Positions 41,828 through 51,705 of a DNA stretch of 64,000 nucleotides are shown piece by piece. How positions within the stretch are numbered: the first letter of the stretch is position 1; every line of letters begins with the position of its first letter. A program made the translations under genes and the position numbers. The notes beneath the pieces are model-generated. The model was not told the origin of the DNA, did no database searches, and was given only the letters and a program-made list of their open reading frames with translations. Origin of the DNA: an uncultured Actinomycetes bacterium. GTDB taxonomy: Bacteria; Actinomycetota; Thermoleophilia; UBA2241. The stretch covers positions 32,001 through 96,000 of the forward strand of contig CAVWIH010000020.1 of the NCBI GenBank assembly GCA_963755025.1. The letters run 5' to 3'.

Positions 41828-42117
41828 GGCGCCAAGTATACCTGCTGGGGCGAGCTCGCCGAGGCTCGGGTGCGGGCGCGCCCCGGCGACGCGCCGCGGC
41901 GTCGCGCGGGGCGTTGCGGGTTAGCCCGCCGCGCGCCGCTCCCGCATCGCCGCCGCCCCACGCGCCACCCCGTGAGCCGCGCCGCGAAACGCCGTCCCCA
42001 AGGCGCGCTACACTGGGGGACCAGGGGGTCGATTCTCACCCTCAAGGTGAGAATCACCCTTACCACTACGAAAAGATGTCGTCGGAACGGCAGGGAACCG
42101 TTGCAACCACGGCGAAA

Positions 42118-42165
42118 TCCGCTATATTGTGACGAGCCAACCCTCCAGGCACTACATCTTGTAGT
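42118..42165 (+). promoter_or_regulatory. Tandem NrdR boxes
   Basis: CCGCTATATTGTGA and CACTACATCTTGTAG about 30 bp apart upstream of nrdR-nrdJ, resembling the acaCwAtATaTwGtg consensus. Confidence 0.65.
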
Positions 42166-42190
42166 CCTCGGTAGCAGGAGTCCTAAGTCC

Positions 42191-42841
42191 GTGCATTGCC
42201 CTTTCTGTGGTGACGAAGACAGCCGTGTGGTCGATTCGCGCGATTCCGAGTCGGGCGACACCATCCGCCGGCGCCGCGAATGCGGCCACTGCGGACGGCG
42301 CTACACCACCTACGAGCGCGTCGAAGAAGCGCCGTTGCTGGTCGTCAAGCGCAGCGGCGCCGAAGAGGTCTTCGCGCGCGCCAAGCTGCTGAACGGCTTG
42401 CTGCGCGCCTGCGAGAAGCGCCACATCTCGCTCGAGCGCATCGAGCGCATCTCCGACGAGATCGAAGGCGAACTGCGCCGCGAGTCGGTGCAGCAGGTCA
42501 CCTCGGTCGAGATCGGCGAGCGCGCGCTGCGCTACCTGCGCGACCTCGACCGCGTGGCCTACATACGCTTCGCGTCCGTCTATCGCCAGTTCGACGACAT
42601 CGACGAGTTCCAAAGCGAGCTCGCCCGCCTCGACGAGCCGGCCGCAAACGATGGACCGGGCGAGCGAACGGCCGACGCGACGCGCGAGCACGCGGCCGAC
42701 GCGCCGCGCGACCGGGCGACCGACAAGCCACACGACCGGGCGGTCGACGGGCCGCCCCCCACCGCAACGTCAGACGACGCGCCGGTCGACCAGCCGGCGC
42801 TGACCACATCGAACAGAGCAGGGGGCATGACTCATGACTGA
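42191..42841 (+). CDS. nrdR: Transcriptional repressor NrdR with repetitive C-terminal extension
   Basis: HCPFCG..SRVVDSR..IRRRREC..C.RRYTTYE, ATP-cone, [13 protein letters not shown]. Confidence 0.95.
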   Translation: MHCPFCGDEDSRVVDSRDSESGDTIRRRRECGHCGRRYTTYERVEEAPLLVVKRSGAEEVFARAKLLNGLLRACEKRHISLERIERISDEIEGELRRESVQQVTSVEIGERALRYLRDLDRVAYIRFASVYRQFDDIDEFQSELARLDEPAANDGPGERTADATREHAADAPRDRATDKPHDRAVDGPPPTATSDDAPVDQPALTTSNRAGGMTHD

Positions 42842-45083
42842 GACGGGGCGCGACGTGATAGAGCTGTCGGCCAACGCACTCAAGGTGCTGCAACGTCGCT
42901 ACCTCAAGAAGGGCGAGAACGGCGAGCTGCAGGAGACGCCCGAGCAGATGTTCCGTCGCGTCGCCCGGGCGATCGCCCAGGCCGAGCGGCTGCACAACCC
43001 GAGCGCTCCGGTCGAGCAGGTCGAAGAGACCTTCTACGAGCTCATGTCGAGCCTCGAGTTCATGCCCAACAGCCCCACGCTCATGAACGCCGGTCGCGAG
43101 CTCGGTCAGCTCTCGGCCTGTTTCGTGCTGCCCGTCGGCGACTCCATGGACTCCATCTTCGAGGCCATCAAGAACACCGCCCTCATTCACAAGAGCGGCG
43201 GCGGCACCGGCTTTTCGTTCTCGCGCGTGCGCCCCAAGAACGACGTCGTGCTGTCGACCGCCGGGGTCTCGTCGGGCCCGCTGTCGTTCATGAACGTCTT
43301 CGACGCCGCCACCGAGACCATCAAGCAGGGCGGCACGCGGCGCGGCGCCAACATGGGCATCATGCGCGTCGACCACCCCGACATCCTCGAGTTCATCAAC
43401 GCCAAGCACAACGACGACTGCCTCAACAACTTCAACATCTCGGTGGCCGTCACCGACGCCTTCATGCACGCGGTCGAAGCCGACGAAGAGTACGCCCTGC
43501 TCAACCCGCGCTCCGGCGAGACGGTGCAGATGCTCAAGGCGCGCAAGGTCTTCAACCTCATGGTCACGCTAGCCTGGAAGAACGGCGACCCCGGCGTCGT
43601 GTTCATCGACCGCATCAACGAGCACAACCCCACGCCCCAGCTGGGTCCCATCGAGAGCACCAACCCCTGCGGCGAGCAGCCCCTGCTGCCCTACGAGTCG
43701 TGCAACCTGGGTTCGGTCAACCTCGCCCGCGTGTGCGACGACGGCCACCTCGACTACGGTCGCCTGGGGCGCATCGTCAAGACCGCCGTGCGCTTCTTAG
43801 ACAACGTCATCGACGTCAACAACTACCCGCTGCCGCAGATCGCCGAAATGAGCCGCGGCAACCGCAAGATCGGCCTGGGCGTCATGGGCTTCGCCGACAT
43901 GCTCTTCAGGCTCGGCATCCCCTACGACTCCGACGAAGCCGTGCACCTGGCCGGCGAGCTCATGGAGTTCGTGCACGCCCAGGCGCGAGAGGCCTCTATC
44001 GAGCTCGCCGAAGAACGCGGCGTGTTCCCCAACTTCGCGGGCTCCATCTACGACGTCGAAGGCGGCCCCCGGCTGCGCAACGCCACCGTCACCACCATCG
44101 CCCCGACCGGCACCATCTCGATCATCGCCGGCTGCTCGAGCGGCATCGAGCCCCTGTTCGCCCTGGGCTACGTGCGCCGCAAGGTATTAGACGACGACGA
44201 GATGGTCGAGCTCTACCCGTACTTCGAAGAGGTCGCCCGGCGCGAGGGCTTCTACTCCGACGAGCTCATCAAGCGCGTCGCCGACCAGGGTTCGGCGCGC
44301 CACGTCGACGACGTGCCGGCCGTGTGGCGCAAGGTCTTCGCCACCGCCCACGACGTCACGCCCGAGTGGCACATCAAGCTGCAGGCCGCCTTTCAGGACG
44401 CCACCGACAACGCCGTCTCAAAGACGGTCAACTTTCCCAACGACGCCACCGCCGACGACGTCGACAAGGTCTACCGCCTCGCCTTTCGCTCGGGCTGCAA
44501 AGGCGTCACCATCTACCGCGACGGCAGCCGCGACGAGCAGGTGCTGAACGTGGGGGCCGCCTACAAGCAGGGCGCTCCGCGCGACCCGGCCGCCGGCGGC
44601 ATCGCCACCACGCGGCCCTCGCGGCCGCGCCTGCTGTCGGGCGAGACCGAGCGCATGGACACCGGCTGCGGCAAGCTGTTCGTCATCATGAACGACGACG
44701 AGCACGGCCCGCGCGAGGTCTTCGCCAACATGGGCAAGGCCGGTGGCTGCGCCTCGTCGAACACCGAAGCGCTCGGCCGGCTGATCTCGCTGGCCTTAAA
44801 GAAGGGCGCGTCGCCGAGCGAGGTCGTCGACCAGCTCAAGGGCATCCGCTGTCACGTGCCCTACGGCATGGGGCCCAACGCCACGCTGTCGTGCGCCGAC
44901 GCCATCGGCAAGGCCATCGAACGGCGCTACATCACGGGCGCCGCCGCGCCGGCCGCCACCATCGAGCCGCAGCTCGCGCTCGTCGAGGTCGCCCAGGGCG
45001 CCTGCCCCGACTGCGGCGGCTCCATCGAACACGAAGGCGGCTGCGTGGTGTGCCGCACCTGCGGCTACTCCAAGTGCGGCTGA
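42834..45083 (+). CDS. nrdJ: Class II (adenosylcobalamin-dependent) ribonucleotide reductase
   Basis: [31 protein letters not shown]; C-terminal TSCPD-like domain and zinc ribbon; no nrdB nearby. Confidence 0.9.
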   Translation: MTETGRDVIELSANALKVLQRRYLKKGENGELQETPEQMFRRVARAIAQAERLHNPSAPVEQVEETFYELMSSLEFMPNSPTLMNAGRELGQLSACFVLPVGDSMDSIFEAIKNTALIHKSGGGTGFSFSRVRPKNDVVLSTAGVSSGPLSFMNVFDAATETIKQGGTRRGANMGIMRVDHPDILEFINAKHNDDCLNNFNISVAVTDAFMHAVEADEEYALLNPRSGETVQMLKARKVFNLMVTLAWKNGDPGVVFIDRINEHNPTPQLGPIESTNPCGEQPLLPYESCNLGSVNLARVCDDGHLDYGRLGRIVKTAVRFLDNVIDVNNYPLPQIAEMSRGNRKIGLGVMGFADMLFRLGIPYDSDEAVHLAGELMEFVHAQAREASIELAEERGVFPNFAGSIYDVEGGPRLRNATVTTIAPTGTISIIAGCSSGIEPLFALGYVRRKVLDDDEMVELYPYFEEVARREGFYSDELIKRVADQGSARHVDDVPAVWRKVFATAHDVTPEWHIKLQAAFQDATDNAVSKTVNFPNDATADDVDKVYRLAFRSGCKGVTIYRDGSRDEQVLNVGAAYKQGAPRDPAAGGIATTRPSRPRLLSGETERMDTGCGKLFVIMNDDEHGPREVFANMGKAGGCASSNTEALGRLISLALKKGASPSEVVDQLKGIRCHVPYGMGPNATLSCADAIGKAIERRYITGAAAPAATIEPQLALVEVAQGACPDCGGSIEHEGGCVVCRTCGYSKCG

Positions 45084-45183
45084 GACCCCGCCGGGGCGGC
45101 GCCGGCCGTCGCGGCCGGCGCCGCGGCGGGGTAGAGTAGGGCAAGCACGCTAGGCACGCCCTTTCCGACCGGGGAGCCCGCAC

Positions 45184-45636
45184 ATGGCCGACCAGCAACC
45201 GCCCGAAACGCCGCCCACCACGCCGCCCGGCGAACCGCCGGCCACGCCCGACGAACCGGGTGCGCCGGGTGCGCACGTGGCCGCCGGCGAGTTCGAGATC
45301 GGCGACACCGTCATCGCCAAGATCGCCCACATGGCCTGCCGCGAAGTCGAGGGCGTGCACGCCCTGGGCGGCGCCACCTCGCGCGCGCTCTCGAGCCTGC
45401 GCGTGGCCGACAACCGCACCCAGGGGGTCACTGTCGACCTGCGCGGCGACAGCGTCGACGTCGACCTCACGCTGGTCGTCACCTACGGGCGCAGCATCCC
45501 CGAGGTAGCCCAGGCTTGCCGCGAGCGCGTGCGCGACCGCATCGAAGCCACCACCGGCCTGGCCGTCAAGGCGGTCAACGTCGTGGTCAGCGACATCTAC
45601 TTTCCCGAAGGCGCTTCTGGCGGCGAAAACGAATAG
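45184..45636 (+). CDS. Asp23/Gls24 family envelope stress protein
   Basis: VIAKIA..A..EVEGV, VTYGRSIPEVA, TTGLAVKAVNVVV. Confidence 0.85.
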   Translation: MADQQPPETPPTTPPGEPPATPDEPGAPGAHVAAGEFEIGDTVIAKIAHMACREVEGVHALGGATSRALSSLRVADNRTQGVTVDLRGDSVDVDLTLVVTYGRSIPEVAQACRERVRDRIEATTGLAVKAVNVVVSDIYFPEGASGGENE

Positions 45637-46201
45637 GCCCGTCCGGTCGCCTCGCGGCCTCGCCCTCGACGCCCTCGAGGCGACGCTCGGCTTCGTGGCG
45701 CTGCTCGCCGCCGGCGTGGTGCTCGTGTCGGCGGCGATCGAGTTGCTGGCGGCCGCCGTGGGCCGCCACCTCACCATCTGGCGCGCCGTGCCCCTGCCGC
45801 ACTCCCACGAGGGGCGCATCGCCCTTCTGCTCGTACTGCTGGCCGGCTCGGTCGCGCTGGCCGCCCTGGCCTTGCGCTCGCGGCCCGCGGCGCTCGTGCT
45901 GAACGTCGAGGGCGGCAGCCTGCGGCTGCCGCCCGACACCCTCGAGCGCTACCTGGCCGCCGAGCTCGCCCGCGACCCCGACGTGGTGTCGTCCAGAGCC
46001 GCCTTTGCGCTGCGCGACGAGCAGCTCACCGCCCAGGTCCGGGTGGCCGTGCGGCCGCTGGCGCCGCCCGCCGTGCTGCGCGAGCGCCTGGCCGGCGCGG
46101 CCCAGGCGGCGCTGCGCGACAAGCTCGAGCTGGCCGTCGAGGTGCGCGAACCGGTCGTCAAGGTGCTGCGCGTCCACGACCTGCCGCGCTACCTCAAATG
46201 A
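45617..46201 (+). CDS. AmaP-like membrane anchor protein
   Basis: Two TM helices followed by an alpha/beta domain; within the asp23 operon; start CTG 45617 or GTG 45695. Confidence 0.55.
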   Translation: MAAKTNRPVRSPRGLALDALEATLGFVALLAAGVVLVSAAIELLAAAVGRHLTIWRAVPLPHSHEGRIALLLVLLAGSVALAALALRSRPAALVLNVEGGSLRLPPDTLERYLAAELARDPDVVSSRAAFALRDEQLTAQVRVAVRPLAPPAVLRERLAGAAQAALRDKLELAVEVREPVVKVLRVHDLPRYLK

Positions 46202-46752
46202 GGCGCGCGGCGACCCTCACCGCGGCGCTCATCGGCACGGTGCTCTGCGCCGCCCTGCTGGTGCGCGAGGGCGCCCTCGCCGCCGACCGCACCGTGACCT
46301 GGTCGGGGGCGCGCTGGTGGCACGACCTGCTGCACGCCCAGGGCGTGCTGGTCGCGCTGGCCGGAGCGGCGGCGCTCGCGCTGGGCGCCGCGTGTCTGTG
46401 GCTCGCCCTGCGCATGCTCGCCGGCAACCACGCCGACGACGGCGCCGGGGTCGAGCTCGGCGACCTGCAGGCGAGCGTCGTCGTCAAGGCCGAGGCGCTC
46501 GAGCACCTGGTCGCCAACTGTCTCGTCGCCGAACTTGCCGAAGTCAGGAATGCGCGTGTGCGGGTCACAAGGCGCGACGAGCGCCTCGTGACCCGCACGT
46601 CTCTTACGCTTGCCGCGACCGACGTGCGTCGCACGCACGCCCGCGCCCGGGCCGTCATCGACCGGGAACTGCGGGCCGCGACGGGCCTCGAAGCGGGCGA
46701 GCTGACAGTCGAGGTCGACGAGCTGCTCGTCGGCCGAGGAGGTGCCACGTGA
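46198..46752 (+). CDS. AmaP-like membrane anchor protein
   Basis: Two TM helices and C-terminal ATGLE..ELTVEV; ATGA overlap with the upstream gene. Confidence 0.6.
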   Translation: MRRAATLTAALIGTVLCAALLVREGALAADRTVTWSGARWWHDLLHAQGVLVALAGAAALALGAACLWLALRMLAGNHADDGAGVELGDLQASVVVKAEALEHLVANCLVAELAEVRNARVRVTRRDERLVTRTSLTLAATDVRRTHARARAVIDRELRAATGLEAGELTVEVDELLVGRGGAT

Positions 46753-46928
46753 GTCTCAGGTTCATCGGATTGGGCGTCGGCCTGGTGGTCGGCGTCGTGT
46801 GGATGGCGCTCGGCCTCGAGAAGCTGGTCGTGGTGTGCGCGATCGGCGCCCTGGGGTACCTGATCGGGGGTGTGCTGGCCGGCGAGATCGACGTGCAGCG
46901 CTCCATCGACAACCTGCGGCGCAAATGA
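46749..46928 (+). CDS. Small membrane protein (DUF2273-like)
   Basis: VSLRFIGLGVGLVVG...LGYLIG; GAGGAGG RBS; typical last gene of asp23 operons. Confidence 0.7.
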   Translation: MSLRFIGLGVGLVVGVVWMALGLEKLVVVCAIGALGYLIGGVLAGEIDVQRSIDNLRRK

Positions 46929-46985
46929 GGCGGAGGGGCGCCGAGGGACCATCGCGGCGCAGCCGCCGCCGGCCCGCCTTAGCGC

Positions 46986-47060
46986 AAAAAAGAGACCTGA
47001 TGGGGATTCAGGCCTCTTTGAGAAGCGCTCCCGCGACAGTCGGGGTGCGTCCTTCTCCTG
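46986..47060 (-). ncRNA. Candidate sRNA of about 75 nt
   Basis: TTGACG-N16-TAAACT promoter (47094-47067), 5' hairpin, terminator hairpin with ATCCCCA loop and T6 tract. Confidence 0.55.
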
Positions 47061-47106
47061 TCTCTCAGTTTACCCCCGCGGCGGCGGTCGTCAACAGCGT
47101 TCGGAC

Positions 47107-47952
47107 ATGATGTCGGAGTCGCACCCGGCCACCGCGCCGCAGCGCCTCCTGCACCGCCCCGACCTGGTCGCCTCAGACCTCGACGGCACGCTGCTGCCGC
47201 CCAGCCTGCAGTTCCTGCCGCTGACCGCGAGCGGCGTCAACGAGCTGCGCGGCGCCGGCGTGCCCTTTGTCGTGTCCACCGGGCGCATGTTCAAAAGCGC
47301 GCGCCACATGGTGGCGCGCCTGGGGCTCACGAGCGGGCCCATCGTCTGCTACCAGGGGGCCCTGGTGGCCGACCTGGGCAGCGGCGAGTGGCAGCGCCAC
47401 CTGCCGATCGCGCCCGAGAGCGCCGCCGAGGTGGTGCTCGCCATGCGCGAGCTCGGCCGCCACGTCAACGTCTACGTCGACGACGAGCTCTACGTCGAGC
47501 AGGACGACAAGTGGGCGCGGCAGTACGCCGAGTACGCCGAGGTCGGCATGAACGTGGTGCCCGACCTGCTGGCGGTCGTCGCCAGGCCGCCGACCAAGAT
47601 CGTGATCTCGAGCGAGCCCAGCGACGTGGCCGCCCTGCTGCCCACGCTGCAGGAGCGCTGGCGCGACAGCCTCTACGTCACGCGGTCGCTGCCGCACTTC
47701 ATCGAGGTCAGCGACCCCCTGGCCAGCAAGAGCTCGGCGCTGGCCTACCTGTGCGACGCGCTGGGCCTGGCCCGCGAGCGCACCGTGGCCTGCGGCGACG
47801 GCTGGAACGACATCGACATGATGGAGTGGGCCGGCCTCGGGGTGGCGGTCGCCGAGGCCGCCGACGACGTGCGCGCAAGCGCCGACCTGGTCGTGCCGCG
47901 CGACGAGCTCGGCGCGCTCTTTGCGAAACTCGCGGCGGCCCCCCGGGGCTAG
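47107..47952 (+). CDS. Cof-type HAD-IIB hydrolase
   Basis: SDLDGTL, STGR, SKSSAL, GDGWNDIDM. Confidence 0.9.
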   Translation: MMSESHPATAPQRLLHRPDLVASDLDGTLLPPSLQFLPLTASGVNELRGAGVPFVVSTGRMFKSARHMVARLGLTSGPIVCYQGALVADLGSGEWQRHLPIAPESAAEVVLAMRELGRHVNVYVDDELYVEQDDKWARQYAEYAEVGMNVVPDLLAVVARPPTKIVISSEPSDVAALLPTLQERWRDSLYVTRSLPHFIEVSDPLASKSSALAYLCDALGLARERTVACGDGWNDIDMMEWAGLGVAVAEAADDVRASADLVVPRDELGALFAKLAAAPRG

Positions 47953-47971
47953 CGAGCGCCGGCGCCAAAGC

Positions 47972-48007
47972 GAAGGCGGCGCCCGGAGGGTAAGGCGCCG
48001 CCTTCTT
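47972..48007 (+). terminator. Hairpin terminator after the Cof hydrolase
   Basis: GAAGGCGGCGCC...GGCGCCGCCTTC then TT. Confidence 0.6.
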
Positions 48008-48174
48008 GGGGTGCTGGTGGCGCCGGCGCTTGCACGCCGGCTTCCCCGTGCAGGGGACCTGGACACTCTGTCACCCCGTTCTGTCCAGCATGCTCGGTGC
48101 GGGGGACGCGCTACACGCGACCCGCCGTCCGCTGTTTAGTGTACCCGAGCGCTCTAATCTCACACGAGCGGCGC

Positions 48175-48218
48175 AAATAAAAGAGGCGGGCGGGGTCGCT
48201 TGCGACCCCGCCCGCCTC
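48175..48218 (-). terminator. Rho-independent terminator of the S55 peptidase gene
   Basis: GAGGCGGGCGGGGTCG-CAAG-CGACCCCGCCCGCCTC followed by TTTTATTT on the minus strand. Confidence 0.85.
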
Positions 48219-48275
48219 GCTCGCCTCGCCGCCCCCGGCCGTTGCCGATCGGGGCGTGCTCGGCCGTCGTGCCTC

Positions 48276-50576
48276 TTAGCGCACGTAGACCTTGCAGGTC
48301 GCGGTGGCGCCGATGTACTCGTCGGAACCGCCCCAGACCGCCTTGTAGGTCTGCGCGGTGGCGCCGAGCTTGACGGTGGTGCTGAAGATACCCTCGCCGT
48401 ATGAGTCGACGTGGACCGGTACGGTGGCGAACGGCTTGGTGGCCTTGCCGGCGTACAGCGAGACCCGGGTGAGGTTCGAGTCTTCTGCCTCGATCAGGCC
48501 GACCAGCCTGACCGTGTGGTGCTTGGCCACGAGGGGAGCCGCGGGGCGCAGGCGCATGTAGGCCGTCGACTTGGAGACGTTGCCCTGCACGTACCAGGTG
48601 GTGCCGTTGTTGATCATGGGCAGGGTGGCCGTGACGATGTTGATCGGCTGGCCGTCGGAGCCCACCGGCACGACGAAGTCGTTGGGCACGTCGGCGATCA
48701 GCGTGGCGTTCAGCACGTCGTTGACCTGCCACGAGGCGACGTCGGCCGACAGGTCGGCCAGCGTGGGCGAGTCGGGAACGGCGGTCGGGTCGACCGACGG
48801 CGTGTTCAGGCGCGTGGCCATGCCCGAGTCGTCCGACGGATCGGACGAGTCGTCGCTCGTGTCGTAGCCCGACGAGTCGTAGACCACGACCTCGCCGGTG
48901 GTGGCCACATTGGAGGGCACCGTGAGGGTGATGTCCTGCTCGTGGGTGCCCGTTTCGCCGTAGGCCCGCACCAGGGCTTTGACCGTGTTGGCGCCGTGCT
49001 TCAGGCCGCCGGGCACGGAGAAGTCCATGATCTGCAGGCTCTTGTTGGCCGGCGTCAGGGTGGCCGTGAAGGTGACCGCGTCGGGCGTGGTCGCCAGCAG
49101 GGCCGGCGCCGTGCCGTTGGGGTTCGACTGCAGCTCGCCGAGCATGTCGTAGACGTCTTCGCCCGCGTAGTTGCTGACGTCGTAGGAGTCGTCGTAGACG
49201 TTGTCCATGGTGTTGGTGTAGGTGGTGGTCGGCGCCGTGGCGTCGGCGACCGTCACGCTCGAGTCCATGAGCGCGTGGCCGGGGTAGAGGCCGGCGTCGA
49301 TGACCTTGGCGACCGCGAAGTAGCAGGCGCTGGCGATCATGTCGGAGCCGTAGTCGATGTTGTCGGCGACCCAGAGCGGCACGTTGGAGTTCGTGACGAC
49401 GGGCGTGCCGGTACCGATCGCGGCCGAGGCCGTGACGGGCACTTCGGGGGTAGCGGCGCCGAGCTCGCCGGCGATGCCGTAGGTGCGGTCCTGGGTGATC
49501 AGGCCGCGCGTGGCGCCCAGCGAGACGAGCTTGTACGAGGCATACGAGTCAGACCAGATGCCGTAGACGTTGGCGTTGGTCATGTCGAGGCCGGAGGCGC
49601 CGTCGAGGTCGGCCGGGTGGCCGAAGGCGACGACGACGTTGTCGTGCGCGTAGGTGACGGTGCCCACGTAGGCGGCCCAGAAGTCGCCGGTCGAAAAGGC
49701 GGCGCCCACCGCCGCGCCGGGCACGAGGTCGGTGGTGAAGCCGGAGTCGCTGGGCCCCGCGCCGACCGGCCTGACGTCGACGCCGCGCTTGGCGAAGGCG
49801 GCGGCGAGGCGCTTGTACGCGGCGCTGGTGCTGGGCAGGCCGCCGACCTCGAGGGCGCTGAGCGGCACGAAGACGGCCGTGCCGGCCGCCGGGTGCAGGG
49901 TGCGGGCGATCGAGCGGCTGCGGGCCACGACGAACGTGCCGAACGTGCCGGCCGACGTCTTGATGGGCTTGGCCGCGAGAGCCGTGCGGGTCTTGGGCAT
50001 GATGGGACCGGCGGTCTCGAGCGACGGCGCCGCCGGGGCGCCGGTGCCGGCCACGGCCTTGTCGAGCGGGGCCACGCTGTAGTCGGTCTCGATCGAGGTC
50101 ATGTACTCGATGGGCGTGGCCAGGCCGAGGCCGTTGGTGGTGAAGGAGTCGCCATACGAGGCGGCGCCGATCATGGGATCGTCGTCGCTGGGACTGCTGG
50201 CATCACCGAGGTAGACGGGGCTGCCGCTCATGCCCTCGGCCAGGCCGCCCTCGCTCACGATGGTCGGGTCGGTGATCTGGAAGAAGATGAGCGCGGAGCC
50301 GTCGACCGGGTTCTGGCCGTCGGCCACCGCGAGCACCTGCACGGGGACGTTGCTGATGGTCGAGCCCGAGAGGACGGTCTTGAAGTAGCCCTGCTGGGGG
50401 CCGCTGTTCGCGAGAAGCGCGCGCAGGTCGCTGAGACCCATCGTGGGCCCCGTCGGCCCGGTGGTCGCGGCCGCGGCCGGTCCAGCGGCCATCAGCGCGC
50501 AGGCGGCCATCGCCGCCAACGCCAAGAGCAAGAGTAGCGGCACGCGAGAGCCGCCCGATCGGACCGACCTGTTCAT
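48276..50576 (-). CDS. Secreted SpoIVB-type (S55) peptidase domain protein
   Basis: Signal peptide; GYFKTV, GGLAEGMSGSPVY, ATPIEYM, GTVTY, AFGHP, ITQDR; GGAGG RBS. Confidence 0.8.
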   Translation of the reverse strand: MNRSVRSGGSRVPLLLLLALAAMAACALMAAGPAAAATTGPTGPTMGLSDLRALLANSGPQQGYFKTVLSGSTISNVPVQVLAVADGQNPVDGSALIFFQITDPTIVSEGGLAEGMSGSPVYLGDASSPSDDDPMIGAASYGDSFTTNGLGLATPIEYMTSIETDYSVAPLDKAVAGTGAPAAPSLETAGPIMPKTRTALAAKPIKTSAGTFGTFVVARSRSIARTLHPAAGTAVFVPLSALEVGGLPSTSAAYKRLAAAFAKRGVDVRPVGAGPSDSGFTTDLVPGAAVGAAFSTGDFWAAYVGTVTYAHDNVVVAFGHPADLDGASGLDMTNANVYGIWSDSYASYKLVSLGATRGLITQDRTYGIAGELGAATPEVPVTASAAIGTGTPVVTNSNVPLWVADNIDYGSDMIASACYFAVAKVIDAGLYPGHALMDSSVTVADATAPTTTYTNTMDNVYDDSYDVSNYAGEDVYDMLGELQSNPNGTAPALLATTPDAVTFTATLTPANKSLQIMDFSVPGGLKHGANTVKALVRAYGETGTHEQDITLTVPSNVATTGEVVVYDSSGYDTSDDSSDPSDDSGMATRLNTPSVDPTAVPDSPTLADLSADVASWQVNDVLNATLIADVPNDFVVPVGSDGQPINIVTATLPMINNGTTWYVQGNVSKSTAYMRLRPAAPLVAKHHTVRLVGLIEAEDSNLTRVSLYAGKATKPFATVPVHVDSYGEGIFSTTVKLGATAQTYKAVWGGSDEYIGATATCKVYVR

Positions 50577-50781
50577 GTTCCCTCCAAAAGTGGACCCCTG
50601 CCCCTGTCGCGATTCGTCGGGGCGCGACGAGCGTGCGTGTTTTGCATGCCGCTTGAGCCGTGCACGCGGCTCCCTGGAGACGGGCACTGAGCATAGAAGG
50701 TTCGGTAGCGAAGGTAAGCCACCTGTATTGGCGAGGAGAAGCTCACCTCTAGTATCGGCCCCAGGGGCCGGTTTGGACAGT

Positions 50782-51705
50782 TTAGAGGGCGCTTACAGTC
50801 GCTCGCGCGCGCAGCGAGAAGGCGAGCGGGAACTCGTCGCGCAGGCGGCGCAGGGCGAGCGAGCCGTCGGGGCGCTGCCCCAGGCAGGGCCAGTCGAGGC
50901 GCCGGTGTTCTTCGAGGCCGCGGAACTCGTGGAGGTACTCGATCGTCAACCCGGCGGCGGTCAGGGCCGAGACGATCTCGCCGAGCGGGTGGTTCCACTG
51001 GTACTCGACCGCCGCCGCCACGTGGGCCTCGGGGTCGGCGTAGCTGCCGCGACCGTCGTTTGCCCAGGCGCTGGCCGCCGCCCTGTGAAAATAGGAGTCG
51101 CGCGCGAGGAGCGGCTCTTCGTGGTCGTCGGCCAGGGCAAAGAGGAACGGGTGGAACTCGGCGATGTAGAAGATGCCGCCGGGGGAGAGGTGGTCGGCTA
51201 TGAGCTGCGCCCAGCGCTGCAGGTCGGGCAGCCAGCAGATCGCGCCCCACGAGGTGAAGACGATGTCGAAGCGCTCGTCGAGCTTGGCGGACAGCGCGTA
51301 GAGGTCGGACTCGATGAAGGTGGCCGGCAGGCCGGTCTGCGCCGCCAGGCGGCGCGCCAGGGCGATCGCCCTGCCCGAGAAGTCGACGCCGGTGACGGTC
51401 GCGCCGAGGCGCGCCCACGACAGCGTGTCGAGCCCGAAGTGGCACTGCAGGTGCAGCAGGCGCTTGCCGGGCACGCTGGGCCCGAGCTCGTCGAGCTCGG
51501 GCGCCGTGAGGCTCGAGGCGCCGGCCAGAAAGCCCTCGACGTCGTAAAAGGCGGAGCGCTCGTGGATGGCGGTGAGCTCGTCCCAGAGCTCGCGGTTGGC
51601 GGCGCGCTGGTCGGGCGACGGGCCGGGTTCGGCGGCGCGTCGGGCGCCGGCTGCGCCGGGTTGGGCGGAGCGCTGCTCGGGCGAGGGGCCGGGCGCGCCG
51701 TTCAT
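50782..51705 (-). CDS. Class I SAM-dependent methyltransferase
   Basis: LLHLQCHFGLDTL, GVDFS, FDIVFTSWG, EFHP. Confidence 0.85.
   Translation of the reverse strand: MNGAPGPSPEQRSAQPGAAGARRAAEPGPSPDQRAANRELWDELTAIHERSAFYDVEGFLAGASSLTAPELDELGPSVPGKRLLHLQCHFGLDTLSWARLGATVTGVDFSGRAIALARRLAAQTGLPATFIESDLYALSAKLDERFDIVFTSWGAICWLPDLQRWAQLIADHLSPGGIFYIAEFHPFLFALADDHEEPLLARDSYFHRAAASAWANDGRGSYADPEAHVAAAVEYQWNHPLGEIVSALTAAGLTIEYLHEFRGLEEHRRLDWPCLGQRPDGSLALRRLRDEFPLAFSLRARATVSAL

Noticed and set aside
48030-48065. SRP RNA domain IV (CAGGTCC...GGAAGC on the minus strand)
   Set aside because: It lacks the GNRA tetraloop and the AGCAG strand of the symmetric loop.
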